From assembly GCF_009914755.1 (NCBI RefSeq), contig NC_060927.1: 64,000 nt of DNA. The stretch is one strand, 5' to 3'. The DNA is from the human T2T-CHM13v2.0 reference genome, Homo sapiens. The translations under genes were made by a program, and so were the position numbers. Positions 16,671 through 29,055 of the stretch are shown one piece after another (within the stretch, counting starts at the first letter, position 1; the number at the start of each line of letters is the position of its first letter). The notes under the pieces are model-generated. The model searched no databases, was not told the DNA's origin, and saw nothing but the letters and a program-made list of their open reading frames with translations.

Positions 16671-17624
16671 GGTATTTTTTTTTAATTTCAGAGGAATGTT
16701 CTTACCTCAAAGAAATTTTACACATCAAGGAGTAAAGAGAAAACATATTGAAAAACAGGAGCCCTGCATGAACCCCTTAAACCATATTTGTTGGTGGCTG
16801 CCTACTCTCTTCTTGTGTAAGACCAGTCCTGATGAAGAAGCCACTGGTGAGCATAGTGAGCACCTCTCTCCTGACAGTAGTATGCAGAATATCCTCCCTT
16901 CCAGACCTTTTTCCTTTTAAAACAGCAAGCATTGCGTCTCTCTGTTCTTCTCCCCAACAGGAATCAATGCAATCATTGTGTTAAGGCCCCATGGAAAGCT
17001 ACCACTGTGTTAAAAATAGAAATAAAAAACAATAAAATTTCAAATTGATCATTTCTAGTTACTAAAAGAAGAAAATAATAGACTTTCCCTTCCTGATTAT
17101 GTTCATTACCATAGATTTCAATTTGTCTCAAATTACAAGGAAAAGTAGATTGAAATCTATAGCTAGATCCCCAGGTGTAACGTTTCATTTTTTAAAATCA
17201 ATATGAAATGGAAGCATTTTGCAGTAAGTATTTTTGGCTCCAGCTCTAAAGTACTAAGGCTATTATGATGCATTTAGTCATCCAGATAGTTGATCATATT
17301 CAGCCTATACTTGTTTTCACTCTCAATCTTTCTGTCCTGCATAAACATGAGGCTCTGAATGTCAGTGGTTTTTGAGAGCTTCTTCCCTGTCAAAATAGCT
17401 GTGTATAGTTTGCTTGGGCTGGGTATTTTTGGTGTTTTTCTGTGTCTGTATCTACAACCAGCAGTGAAGGTGGAGGATAAGGCAGATCATCTGGACACTT
17501 ATGGAAAAAGATGGCTAGAAAACAGGGAAGTTTCAAGGGCCTGACTATTCAGATCAACCAGCCTCATCATTTTAGTTTTATGTTGTAAGTGTTCAGTTTC
17601 TGAAACAATATACAGTGTTACATG

Positions 17625-17778
17625 AAAGTCAGAGCTAGAAGGAACCAAGTAAGCAGCTAATTCAACCTCCTCATTTTACAAATGACATCTCTAAGGCCGA
17701 GAGAAAGGAAGCAATTTGGCCTATATCATAACCTAACTTGCAGAGCTGAGACTCAGAACTATAAGACTTCCTAATACT
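17625..17778 (-). mobile_element. MIR fragment
   Basis: GTCAGAGCTAGAAGG...CCTCATTTTACAAATGA...AAGGCCGAGAGA. Confidence 0.6.
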
Positions 17779-18262
17779 GATATTTTAGTTTGGATTTCCC
17801 CAAAAGCAGAGCCTGAGAAAAGGGGTTGGGTGCAGGTGGTTTATTTTAGAAGTAATCATAAGAAAGGGGAGCAATAAAGCAGGAAGATGAGGCCAGAAAG
17901 AAGAGAAAAATAGATGCAACATTGATTTGGTTATCACTATGGGAAACTAGGGCCAAATCTCACTATGGACCCACTGGAATCATACACCACATACATCAGC
18001 AATGTGCCTTCACAGGATGGAAGCCCACAACACTTAACCACTCATTCCAGTAGAGGGTTGTTCCCACAGGCCTTAACTTCCCCAAGTTTTCAGGCTATGA
18101 CTAAGCAAGCCTAGTGACTTTAGAAAAAGCCTAAGGACAGAAAAGCAGAGAGACACAGCCTGGCACTTGAGTTACTGTACTTTAAGCAACTCTCCATCAC
18201 AGCTGCAGCTGAAATCAGGTGGAACAAGAGGTTGTGTCATAGGCCACAAAGAATCTACTACA
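17779..18262 (-). mobile_element. Old ERVL-class solo LTR (LTR16/LTR33 family)
   Basis: TTTCCCCAAAAGCAGAGCCTGAGAAAAGG...GGTGCAGGTGGTTTATTT at one end and ...ATCTACTACA at the other. Confidence 0.6.
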
Positions 18263-18342
18263 AGTGGTTTTTAAACTACGTTGCCTACAACTTTGGGGTT
18301 GTTCTGCAAAAAGGCTCCAGAGAGGCCTGAGAAAGGACCTAG

Positions 18343-19586
18343 TGTATTAGGGTTCTCAAGAGAAACAAAACCAATAGGATATTTATATATATATGAGGGG
18401 ATTACTACGAGAATTGGCTCATGCAATTATGGAGGCTGAGAAGACCCATGATAAGCTGTCTGCAACCTGGAGAACCAGGGAAACTGGTGATATAATTCAG
18501 TGTGAGAACCTGGGGCAGGGGTAGGGGCTGCTGGTGTTGGAGTCTGAAAGCCCAAGAACCTGGAGCTCTGAAGCCCAAGGGTAGGAGAAATATGGATATC
18601 CCAGCTCCAGAAGAGACAGTGAACTTGCCTTTCCTTTACCTTTTTGTTCTATCCTGGCCCTTGATTGGATAATGCCTACCCACATTAATGAGGGGGATCA
18701 ACTATACTCAATCTACCTATTCAAATAGTAATATGTTCTGGTAACACACACATCCAGAAATAATGCTTATTCAGATATCTAGGCATCATATGGCCCAGTC
18801 AACTTGACACATAAAATTAACAATCACAAGTCCCTCCCTTGTCAAACTGGTACTCATATGTATCTCCTTACACCATACTTACTCTCCAATTAAAGATAAT
18901 AACAAGATCCTAATTCCACCTAGCAGGATGCAACTATCCTGCAAACAAACAAAAATGAACAAATCCTTTCCCTGAGGATAAAAAGTCCATGAGTGATATT
19001 TACTCTTCTCCTGATATCCCACAACTTAAATACTATGAGGAAAATACTTATACATACTTACATAAGTCAGTAAAGGGAAGAAAACAAAGGTATTTCCTTC
19101 ATATATGTATATATACACACAAATTTACTTATAAAAAATAGGGAGGAAATATTCATGATGATTATAGTCCTTGTTTTTCTAACTGGTCATGTGGTTGTAG
19201 CTGGTATTTATAACTACCTTCTTATACTACCCATTCTGTGTTTCCTCTGCCTTCAGCAAACATCTCATTCGGTCTTGGCTCTTTACCTAGCAAGGTGACC
19301 CAAAACATCATTCCTGAAGGGTCTAGGCCATTTGTAGTCCTGCCTGGATTGAATTGTAGTTTTCCATTGACCTTAATTACAGGGTATGGTAATACTAAGA
19401 TATGCCCCATGGGATATCCTGTATTCTAGACATATGCTTCTTTACCTCCATTATGGAGTGGTTATCCAATTTCCCTTTGATTGCCTGGATCAATCATCCT
19501 CATAGACACACCCAGAAATGATATTTTATCAGCTATCTGGGTATCTTTTAACCTAGTAATGTTGTCATATAAAATTAACTATCACA
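18343..19586 (-). mobile_element. Internally deleted ERVL provirus: 3' MLT2B/C-type LTR (18343-18828), ERVL internal 3' segment (18829-about 19500), first ~85 bp of the 5' LTR (about 19503-19586)
   Basis: LTR ends TGTATTAGGGTTCTC and AAAATTAACAATCACA; purine tract (rc AAGGGAGGGACT) abuts the LTR; minus ORF 19222-19410 (LVLPYPVIKVNGKLQ..GRTTNG.DPSGM..WVT..GKEPRP..EGRGNTEWVV) resembles the ERVL pol 3' end; second LTR start copy ends at 19586. Confidence 0.8.
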
Positions 19587-19719
19587 CCCCGGAAGAGCCA
19601 CATGGTAAGATTTTAGGACTTCTATTTCTTCCTCATTCAGAGCAGACCTACATTTATCTGTCTTATATGTTAGAGGTGCTCTATGAGATATCATTTGTAG
19701 GGGGATGGGGGCTTACTTG

Positions 19720-20422
19720 TGTATTAGTCATGATTCTTTAGTTTTAAGTGCACAAACCAAATAGAACTAGCTTGAGCAAAGAAAAAATGTTCACATAACT
19801 GAGAAGTCAATGGCTAATCAGGGACTTTAGGCACAATGGGATTAAGGGTTCACACAAAGTTGTCTGGGCTTTCTCTTGTCTATGTGTCAGTCTTATTCTG
19901 TCCTACTCTAGGGGCACTTTTTCTGCAAAGAGACAGAAAGTGGCTGCCAATAGCTCCAGGTTATATTATACTAGCTTAGCAATGCCATCAGAAAATGAGA
20001 GCTTCTTCCTCCTAGGGTTTATATAATCATAGCAAAAGACTCAAATATCCTGCTTAGTTTATCTAACCACCCCCTTGGACCAACTGCCATTGGCTTGGAC
20101 AGCTATTCTAAAACTTTAGCATGCATCAACATCACCTCAAAGACTTGTCAAAAAATGCTCACTGTGCCCTACTCCCAGAGTTTCTTATTTGGTAGGTCTG
20201 GGATAGCTCCTCAAAATATGTGCTTTTCAGGTGATATTCAAACTGCTGCTCCAGTGACCACACTTTGTGTACCACTGGCTATAATGAGGAGGTACTCATA
20301 ATCAAATCAAGTCACAGGGCCAGGCCAGATTCTAAGGAGATAGAGTGTGTTTCAGGGGAATAGATTCCATTTCCTAATTGGAAGAGCAGCAAATAATCTG
20401 TGGCCATCTTTAATCTACGACA
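19720..20422 (-). mobile_element. Old MaLR LTR pieces (MLT1J/K-like) interrupted by MER5A (about 20100-20278)
   Basis: TGTATTAGTCA...AACTAGCTTGAGCAAAG; MER5A GCATCAACATCACC...CCCAGAGTTTC...GGTAGGTCTGGG...ACCACACTTTG; LTR start GTGGCCATCTTTAATCTACGACA. Confidence 0.6.
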
Positions 20423-22615
20423 GGAGACATGGTGAAAAGGACCAACATAAGTGTAATTGCCTCCTAGAAGGGAAGGGAAAAGAGAACAAAGAATTTTTCA
20501 GAAATGATAGAACACATTAACCCATATATTCAAGAAGTGCTACAGATTCCCAGAACAATCAATACATGAAAAAACTCATCTAGGCACATCTTGGCAAAAC
20601 TAATTTTAAAAAAGCAAGGGAAAAATCTTAAGCCCTGCTAAAGAAAGATGACATTATTTTCAAAGAAACAACAATAACATTAACAGGTTACTTCTCAAAA
20701 TAAGTAATAGGATCGAAGAAAAAGTGGGATGACGTATTTGACATGCTACAATAAAGAAACTTACAACATAGAATTTCATTCAGAGCAAATTATTCTTCAA
20801 ATATTAAAGCAAATTTAAAACATTTTAGATAGTGAAAAAATATGGAGGATGGAGATAAAGGCGTGTTCAGAAGAAAATGATTAGCCTTACAATCCATTTA
20901 TTTGAAAAGATGACTGAACATTAATGATTTAAGATTTATCTCAAGAAATTAGAAAAACAGCCAATAAAACCCAAAGAACATATGAGGAAGGCAACAATAA
21001 AGGTAAGAGCAAATATTAATGGAATAAAACAAAACATTCAATAGAAAAATCAATAGCACCAAATAATGGTTCTTTATAACAATGAATAACTTTTATAAGC
21101 ACCTAACAAAGCTGATTAAGAAAAAAGTGATAGCATGAATTTTAAACATCAATAATTAAAAAGGGAACATCACTAAAGACATTATAAATGTTAAAAAGAT
21201 AACAGGAACATATTAGGAGCAACTCTATGGCAATAAATTTGGAAGTTTAAATGAAATAGACTAATTTCTAGAAAGATGAAACCCACAAAAACCAACACAA
21301 AAAGAAATGAAAAGTCTAGATAATTCCCTATTTGCCCAATAATTGAATCCATACTTTATAAAGCTTCCCACAATAAAATATACAGGCTCATGTTGGCCTT
21401 TCTGTTGAAATTTTATAAACATTTAATGAAGAAACTATACTAACTTTACACAAATCTTTGTAGATTTTAGAAAAAGAGAGAAAAAATACAAACTCACTTT
21501 ATCAGAACAACATAACATTGTCCCAAAATCTGACCAAAAAAATTACAAGAAAGGGAAATTACTAGTCAATCTCTGTCAAGAACATAGATGTATATATCTT
21601 AGGAAAATATTAAGAAATTGAATCCAGCAATTCACAAAAAGGCTAATCCATCATGACCCAGTTGAGTTTCTTCTAGAAATGCAAGATTGGTTTAGCTATC
21701 AAGATATTAATCCAGGGCGAGCCATGATGGTTCATGTGTATAATCTCAGAACTTTGGGAGGCCAATGTGGGACGATCACTTAAGGTCAGGAGTTTGAGAT
21801 CAGCCTCAGCAACATAGCAAGACCTCATTTCTACAAAAAAAAAATTTAAAACATCAACCATTTGTGGTGGCACATGCCTGTAGTCCCAGCTATTCAGAAA
21901 ATTGAGGCAGGAGGATAGCTTGAGTCCAGGAGTTTGAGACCGCAGTGAGTTATGGTCATGACACTGCACTCCAGCCTGGGCAACAGAGTGAGAGCCTGTC
22001 TCTTAAAAAAAATCCATAAAATTCACCAATTAACAAAATGGAAAAAAAGTATAATCATCTCAATAAATGCAGTAAAAGCATTTCGTAAAATGTAGTATCT
22101 ATGTAAGAAAAAACTCAAATACTAAGAATAAAAGGGAACATCCTTAATCTGACAAATCTTATCTACAAAAATAGAAGGGACTACAATAAACATTATGCTC
22201 GTGAAATATTAAAAGCTTTTTCTCTAAAATCAGCAATGAGATAAATATCTCTACTATTACAATTTCTACCACCATTAAACTGTACATGTTAGCTAGTGCA
22301 ATAAGGCAAGGAAAAGAAGGTGTAGTCACTGAAAAGGAAGAAATAAAACTGTTACATGCAGATGACATGATCATGTATGTAGAAAGTCCAAATGTATCTG
22401 TACATTTTTAATACTAATATGTGAATTCAGAAAGTTCACTGGAAACAAGATTAGTAGTAAAAAATCTATTGCACTTTCATATATGAGAAAAAATAATATT
22501 AGAGAAAGAATTGTTTTAAAAAGACCACTTACATAGTGGCTCAAAAAATCAAGTATTTAGAAATAAATCTATTAAAAGATAAGCAAAAATGCCAAACCCA
22601 AAACTACAAAACATT
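20423..22615 (+). mobile_element. Ancient L1 (L1ME/L1M5-type), left part: ORF1 and ORF2 remnants
   Basis: Degenerate ORF1 and ORF2 (AATCCAGCAA..CATCATGACCCAGTTGAG; GCAGATGACATGATC = ADDMI), ending at AAACTACAAAACATT (NYKT). Confidence 0.75.
21716..22010 (+). mobile_element. AluJ
   Basis: Dimeric Alu with J diagnostics (GGAGGATAGCTTGAGTCCAGGAGTTTGAG, GTGAGTTATG); short TSD AATCCA. Confidence 0.88.
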
Positions 22616-22616
22616 T

Positions 22617-24875
22617 ATATGGGGAAGGGATATCCAACTCCAACTCCCTCTAGGCATCCTATCTGCCCTACGTAAGGGGAGGAAAAGGGACCGAGTAGCA
22701 CTTGTGAAGATTACAGTGCAAGGAAACAGGCTCACTAAATGTGTGCAACTTAATTATAGAACTACAGAATAATACTTCCCTGATGCCTACACCTTATTAC
22801 CATATCATTAAAGGCCTATTCAACAGTTTCTTTTCTCCAGTGCATCATGTCCAATTTTCAACAAAAAAATTACAAGATATATTAAAAAGTAAAGTCTGAA
22901 GAGACAGAGGAAACATCAGATCCAAATTCAGATATGGCAGATACTCTGAACTAAAAATTTTTTAAAATTGTGATTAATATGCTAAGAGTGCTAGTGGAAA
23001 AAAATAGACAACATGCAAGGATAGATGATTAATGTATGCAGAGAGATGGAATTCTAAGAAAAAAATAAAAAATAAATGCTAGATATCAAAAACACTGTAA
23101 TAGAAATGAAGAATGCCTTTCATGAGCTCATTAGTAGACTGGACATGGTTAAGGAAAGATCCTCTGAGCTTGAGGATGTCTCATTGGAAATTCCAAAACT
23201 GAAAAGCAGAGGGAAAAAGACTGGAAAATAGAAAATAGAATATCCAAGAACAGTGAAACCACCACAAAAGGTAGTTGAGTAATAGGAATACTAGAAGGAT
23301 ATAAAAGAAAGAAACGGAAGAAATATTTTAAGCAATAATGACTGAGAATTTTTTCAAATTAATATCAGACATGAAAACACAGATCCAGGAAGCTCAGAGA
23401 ACATCAAGCAGGATAAATTCATTAAAAAACATACACTCAGGCATATGATATTCAAACTGCAGAAAATAAATTAAAAAAAAAAAAAAACCTTGAAAGAAGC
23501 CAGAGGAAAAACACCTTATCTATAGAGAGGCAAAGAAAAGAATAACAAACAACTTATCCTCAGAAACCATGTAAGCAAGAAGAGAGGGGAGTGAAATATT
23601 TTAAGTGGTGAGAGAAAATAAAAATCACCAATATAGAATTACATATGCTGCAAAATTATCCTTCAACAACAAAAGAGAACTAAAGACTTTCTCAGACAAA
23701 AATTAAGGGAACTTATTACTAGTAGACCTGCCTTGCAAAAAATGTTAAAACAAATTCTTCAGAAAGAAGAAAAATGATATAGTTCAGAAACTTGAATTTA
23801 CCTTAAAAAAGGAAAAATGCTAGAGAAAGAAAAAGTGAAGGTAAAACAAAAACTTTTATTTTTCATATTTTCCAATGATCTAACAGGTAACAGTTTGCTC
23901 AAAATAACAATAGTAAAAATATATTCAATGATTATAGCTTATGAATAAGTGAAATGAATTACAGCAATGATACAAGAGATGGGAGAGAAGAATTAGGAAT
24001 ATTTTGATATTTTAAGGTACTTGTCCTACCCATGAAGTGATATACTGTTATATGAAAATAGACATGGAATCACTGTAAATGTGTATCAGAAATTCTAGGG
24101 CAACCACTAAAAAAGTTTCAAAAAGAAGTATAATTGATATATTAAGAAAGGGGAGAAAATCAAATCATAGAAAATGCTCAATTAATACCACAAAAGATAG
24201 GAAAAGAATGAGATACAAAATAGGAAGAACGGCAATAAATAAAAATCATTAACAAATTTGGTACACATTAACCCAACTAAATCAATAATCACTTCAAATG
24301 TCAATGGGCTAAATTTACTAATTAAAAGACAGATATAGTAGATTAAAAAATAAGACCCAACTACATGTTGTCTACAAGAAACCCACTTTAAATATAAAAG
24401 TAGAGGGATACAGAAAGAACTACTTTGCTAATACTAATCAAATGAAAGCTGGGGTAGCTATATTAATTTTGGTACCAGAAAAAATAAAAGATCTAAAATC
24501 AATTCCCTAAGTGTTTACCTTAGAAAACTAGAAATAGAAGAGTAAATTAAATCCAAAGTGAGCAGATGTAAAGAAATAATAAAAATTAGAGCAGAAATCC
24601 ACGAAATTGAAAACAGGAAACTAATACAGAAAATGTATTAAAACAAAAGCCAGCTCTTTGAAAAGACCAATACAACTGATAAGTCTCTAGCCAGGATAAT
24701 AGAGAGAGAAGACATAAATTACCCATAACAGAAATCAAAAAGGGGATATTGCTACAGATCCCATGGGCATTCAAAGGATAATAATGGAATAGTATGAACT
24801 CTGCCCACAAATTTGATAACATAGATAAAATGGACCAATTCTTGGAAGGCACAATCTGCCAAAACTCACACAATA
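22617..24875 (+). mobile_element. L1MC-type element, 5' part (5' region, ORF1, long inter-ORF spacer, start of ORF2 with internal deletion)
   Basis: Degenerate ORF1 (ACAGATCCAGGAAGCTCAGAGAACATCAAGCAGG), EN start (AATGTCAATGGGCTAAAT..CTACAAGAAACCCAC), jump at about 24472 to the linker region. Confidence 0.7.
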
Positions 24876-24880
24876 ATATG

Positions 24881-25113
24881 AAAAACAAGAAATGGGGAAA
24901 GTATTCCCTATTAATAAATGGTCCTGGGAAAACTCGCTAGCCATATGTAGAAAGCTGAAACTGGATCCCTTCCTTACTCCCTATACAAAAATTAATTCAA
25001 GATGGATTAAAGAATTAAACTTTAGACCTAAAACCAAAAAACCCTAGAAGAAAACCTAGGCCATATCATTCAGGACATAGGCATGGGCAAGGACTTCATG
25101 ACTAGAACACTAA
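24881..25113 (+). repeat. 233-bp inverted duplicate of 26205-26438 (L1PA6 ORF2 segment)
   Basis: Reverse complement of 26205-26438 at about 95% identity (manual count about 12 differences), sharing non-consensus variants. Confidence 0.85.
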
Positions 25114-25178
25114 TATATATATACATATATACAGGTTATATATATAATTATATATTTTATATATATAATTAATATATA
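25114..25178. repeat. (TA)n-rich low-complexity tract at the L1PA6 tail position
   Basis: TATATATATACATATAT...ATATATATT directly abutting the L1 3' end. Confidence 0.8.
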
Positions 25179-26663
25179 TTATACTTTAAGTTCTAGGGTA
25201 CTTGTGCACAACGTACAGATTTGATACATAGGTATACATGTGCCATGTTGGTTTGCTGCACCCATCAACTCATCATTTACATTAGGTATTTCTCCTAATG
25301 CTATCCCTCCCCCAGTCCCCCACCCGGCAACAGGCCCCAGTGTGAGATGTTCCCTGCCCTGTGTCCAAGTGTTATTGTTCAATTCCCACCTAAGAGTGAG
25401 AACATGTGGTGTTTGGTTTTCTGTCTTTGTGGTACTTTGCTGAGAATGATGGTTTCCAGCCTCATCCATGTCCCTGCAAAGGACAAGAACTCATCCTTTT
25501 TTATGGCTGCATAGTATGCCTTGGTGTATATGTGCCACATTTTCTTAATCTAGTCTATCATTGATGGACATTTGGGTTGGTTCCAAGTCTTTGCTATTTG
25601 AATAGTGTCACAATAAACATAAGTGTGCATGTATCTTTATAGTAGCATGATTTATAATCCTTTGGGTATATACCCAGTAATGGGATTTCTGGGTTAAATG
25701 GTAATTCTAGTTCTAGATCCTTGAGGAATCACCACGCTGTCTTCCACAGTGGTTGAACTAATTTACAGTCCCACCAACAGTGTAAAAGCATTCCTATTTC
25801 TCCACATCTTCTCCAGCATCTGTTGTTTCCTGACTTTTTAATGACTGCCATTCTAACTGGCATGAGATGGTATCTCATTGTGGTTTTGATTTGCATTTCT
25901 CTGATGACCAGTGATGATGAGCATTTTTTCATGTGTCTTTTGGCTGCATAGATGTCTTCTTTTGAGTAGTGTCTGTTCATATGCTTTGTCCACTTTTTGA
26001 TGGGGTTGTTTTTTTTCTTGTAAATTTGTTTGAGGTCTTTGTAGATTCTGGATATTACCCCTTTATCAGATGGGTAGATTGCAAAAATTTTCTCCCATTC
26101 TGTAGGTTGCCTGTTCACTCTGATGGTAGTTTCTTTTGCCATGCCAAAGCTCTTAAGTTTAATTAGATACCACGTGTGTATTTTGGCTTTTGTTGCCATT
26201 GCTTTTAGTGTTCTAGTCACGAAGTTCTTGCCCATGCCTATGTCCTGAATGATACGGCCTAGGTTTTCTTCTAGGGTTTTTATGGTTTTAGGTCTAACAT
26301 TTAAGTCTTTAATCCATCTTGAATTAATTTTTGTATAAGGTGTAAGGAAGGGATCCAGTTTCAGCTTTCTACATATGGCTAGCCAGTTTTCCCAGGACCA
26401 TTTATTAATAGAGAATACTTTCCCCATTTTTTGTTTTTGTCAGGTTTGTCAAAAGTCAGATGGTTGTAGATGTGTGCTGTTATTTCTGAGGCCTCTGATC
26501 TGTTCCATTGGTCTATATCTCTGTTTTGGTACCAGTACCATGCTGTTTTCGTTACTGTAGTTTTGTAGTGTAGTTTGAAGTCAGGTACTGTGATGACTCC
26601 AGCTTTGTTCTTTTTGTTTAGGATTGTCTTGCCTATACTGGCTCTTTTCTGGTTCCATATGAA

Positions 26664-27311
26664 TTTTATTTTATTTTTTATTATACTTTAAGTTCTAGGG
26701 TACATGTGCACAATGTGCAGGTTTGTTACATATGTATACATGTGCCATGTTGGTGTGCTGCACCCATTAACTCATCATTTACATTAGGTATATCTCCCAA
26801 TAGCTATCCCTCCCCCCTCCCCCCACCCCAAGACAGGCCCTGGTGTGTGATGCTCCCCCCGTGTCCAAGTGTTCTCATTGTTCAGTTCCTACCTATGAGC
26901 GAGAACATGCGGTGTTTGGGTTTTCTGTCCTTGCGATAGTTTGCTGAGAATGATGGTTTCCAGCTTCATCCATGTCCCTACAAAGGACATGAACTCATCA
27001 TTTTTTATGGCTGCATAGTTTTCCATGGTGTATATGTGCCACATTTTCTTAATCCAGTATATCATTGATGGACATTTGGGTTGGTTCCAAGTCTTTGCTA
27101 TTGTGAATAGTGCCGCAATAAACATACGTGTGCATGTGTCTTTATAGCAGCATGATTTATAATCCTTTGGGTATATACCCAGTAATGGGATGGCTGGGTC
27201 AAATGGTATTTCTAGTTCTAGATCCTTGAGGAATCGCCACACTGTCTTCCACAATGGTTGAACTAGTTTACAGTCCCACCAACAGTGTCAAAGTGTTCCT
27301 ATTTCTCCACA
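26664..27311 (-). mobile_element. 5'-truncated L1PA5-like insertion inside the L1PA6 ORF2
   Basis: Second L1 3' end with its own A tail; TSD TCCATATGAA at 26654-26663 and 27312-27321; 3'UTR GTAAATGATGAGTTAATGGGTGCAGCACACCAAC..CCCTAGAAC. Confidence 0.9.
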
Positions 27312-27745
27312 TCCATATGAACTTTAAAGTAGTTTTTTCCAATTCTGTGAAGAAAGTCACTGATAGCTTGATGGGGATGGTATTGAATCTAGAAATTACT
27401 TTGGGCAGTATGGCCAGTTTCACGATATTGCTTCTTTCTATCCATGAGCATGGAATATTCTTCCATTTTATGGTGTCCTCTTTTATTTAGTTGAGCAGTG
27501 GTTTGTAGTTCTCCTTGAAGAGGTCTTTCATATCCCTTGTAAGTTGGATTCCTAGGTATTTTATTCTCTTTGTAGCAGTTGTGAATGGGAGTTCACTCAT
27601 CATTTGGCTCTCTGTCTGTTAATGGTGTACAGGAATGCTTGTGATTTTTGCACATTGATGTTGTATCCTGAGACATTGCTGAAGTTGCTTATCAGCTTAA
27701 GGACATTTTGGTCTGAGATGATGGGGTTTTCTAAACATCCACTCA

Positions 27746-27907
<162 letters not shown>

Positions 27908-28773
27908 TTACAGTTTTTGCCCATTCAGTATGATACCGGCTGTGGGTTTGTCATAAATAGCTGTTGTTATTTTGAGATATGTTCCATCAATACCTAGTTT
28001 ATTGAGAGTTTTTAGCCTGAAGGACTGTTGCATTTTTTCAAAGGCCTTTTCTGCACCTACTGAGATAATCATGTGGTTTTTGTCTTTGGTTCTGTTTATG
28101 TCATGAATTATGTTTATAGATTTGTGTATGTTGAACCAGCCTTGCATCCCAGGGATGAAGACAACTTGATCGTGGTGGATAAGCTTTTTGATGTACTGCT
28201 GGATTCGGTTTGCCAGTATTTTATTGAGGATTTTTGCACTGATGTTCCTCAGGGATATTGGTCTAAAATTATTTTTTTTGGTTGTGTCTCTGCCAAGCTT
28301 TGATATCAGGTTGATGTTGGCCTCATCAAATGAGTTAGGGAGGATTCCCTCTTTTTCTATTCATTGGAATCGTTTCAGAAGGAATGCTGCTAGCTCCTCT
28401 TTGTACCTCTGGTAGAATTCGGCTGTGAATCGGTCTGGTTCTGGACATTTTTTGGTTGGTAGGCTATTAACTATTGCCTCAATTTCAGAGCCTGCTATTG
28501 GTATATTCAGTGATTCAACTTCTTCCTTGTTTAGTCTTGGGAGGGTGGATGTGTCCAGGAATTTATCCATTTCTTCTAGATTTTCTAGTTTATTTGCATA
28601 GAGGTGTTTATAGTATTCTCTGACGGTAGTTTGTATTTCCGTGGGATCGGTGGTGATATCCCCTTTATCATTTTTTATTGCGTCTATTTGATTCTTCTCT
28701 TTTCTTCTTTATTAGTCTTACTAGTGGTCTATCAATTTTGTTGCTCTTTTCAAAAAACCAGCTCCTGGATTCA

Positions 28774-29055
<282 letters not shown>

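Noticed and set aside
24881-25113. Twin-priming explanation for the inverted L1 fragment
   Set aside because: The fragment lies beyond the 3' tail and duplicates sequence still present in the full-length element; twin priming inverts the 5' part without duplication.
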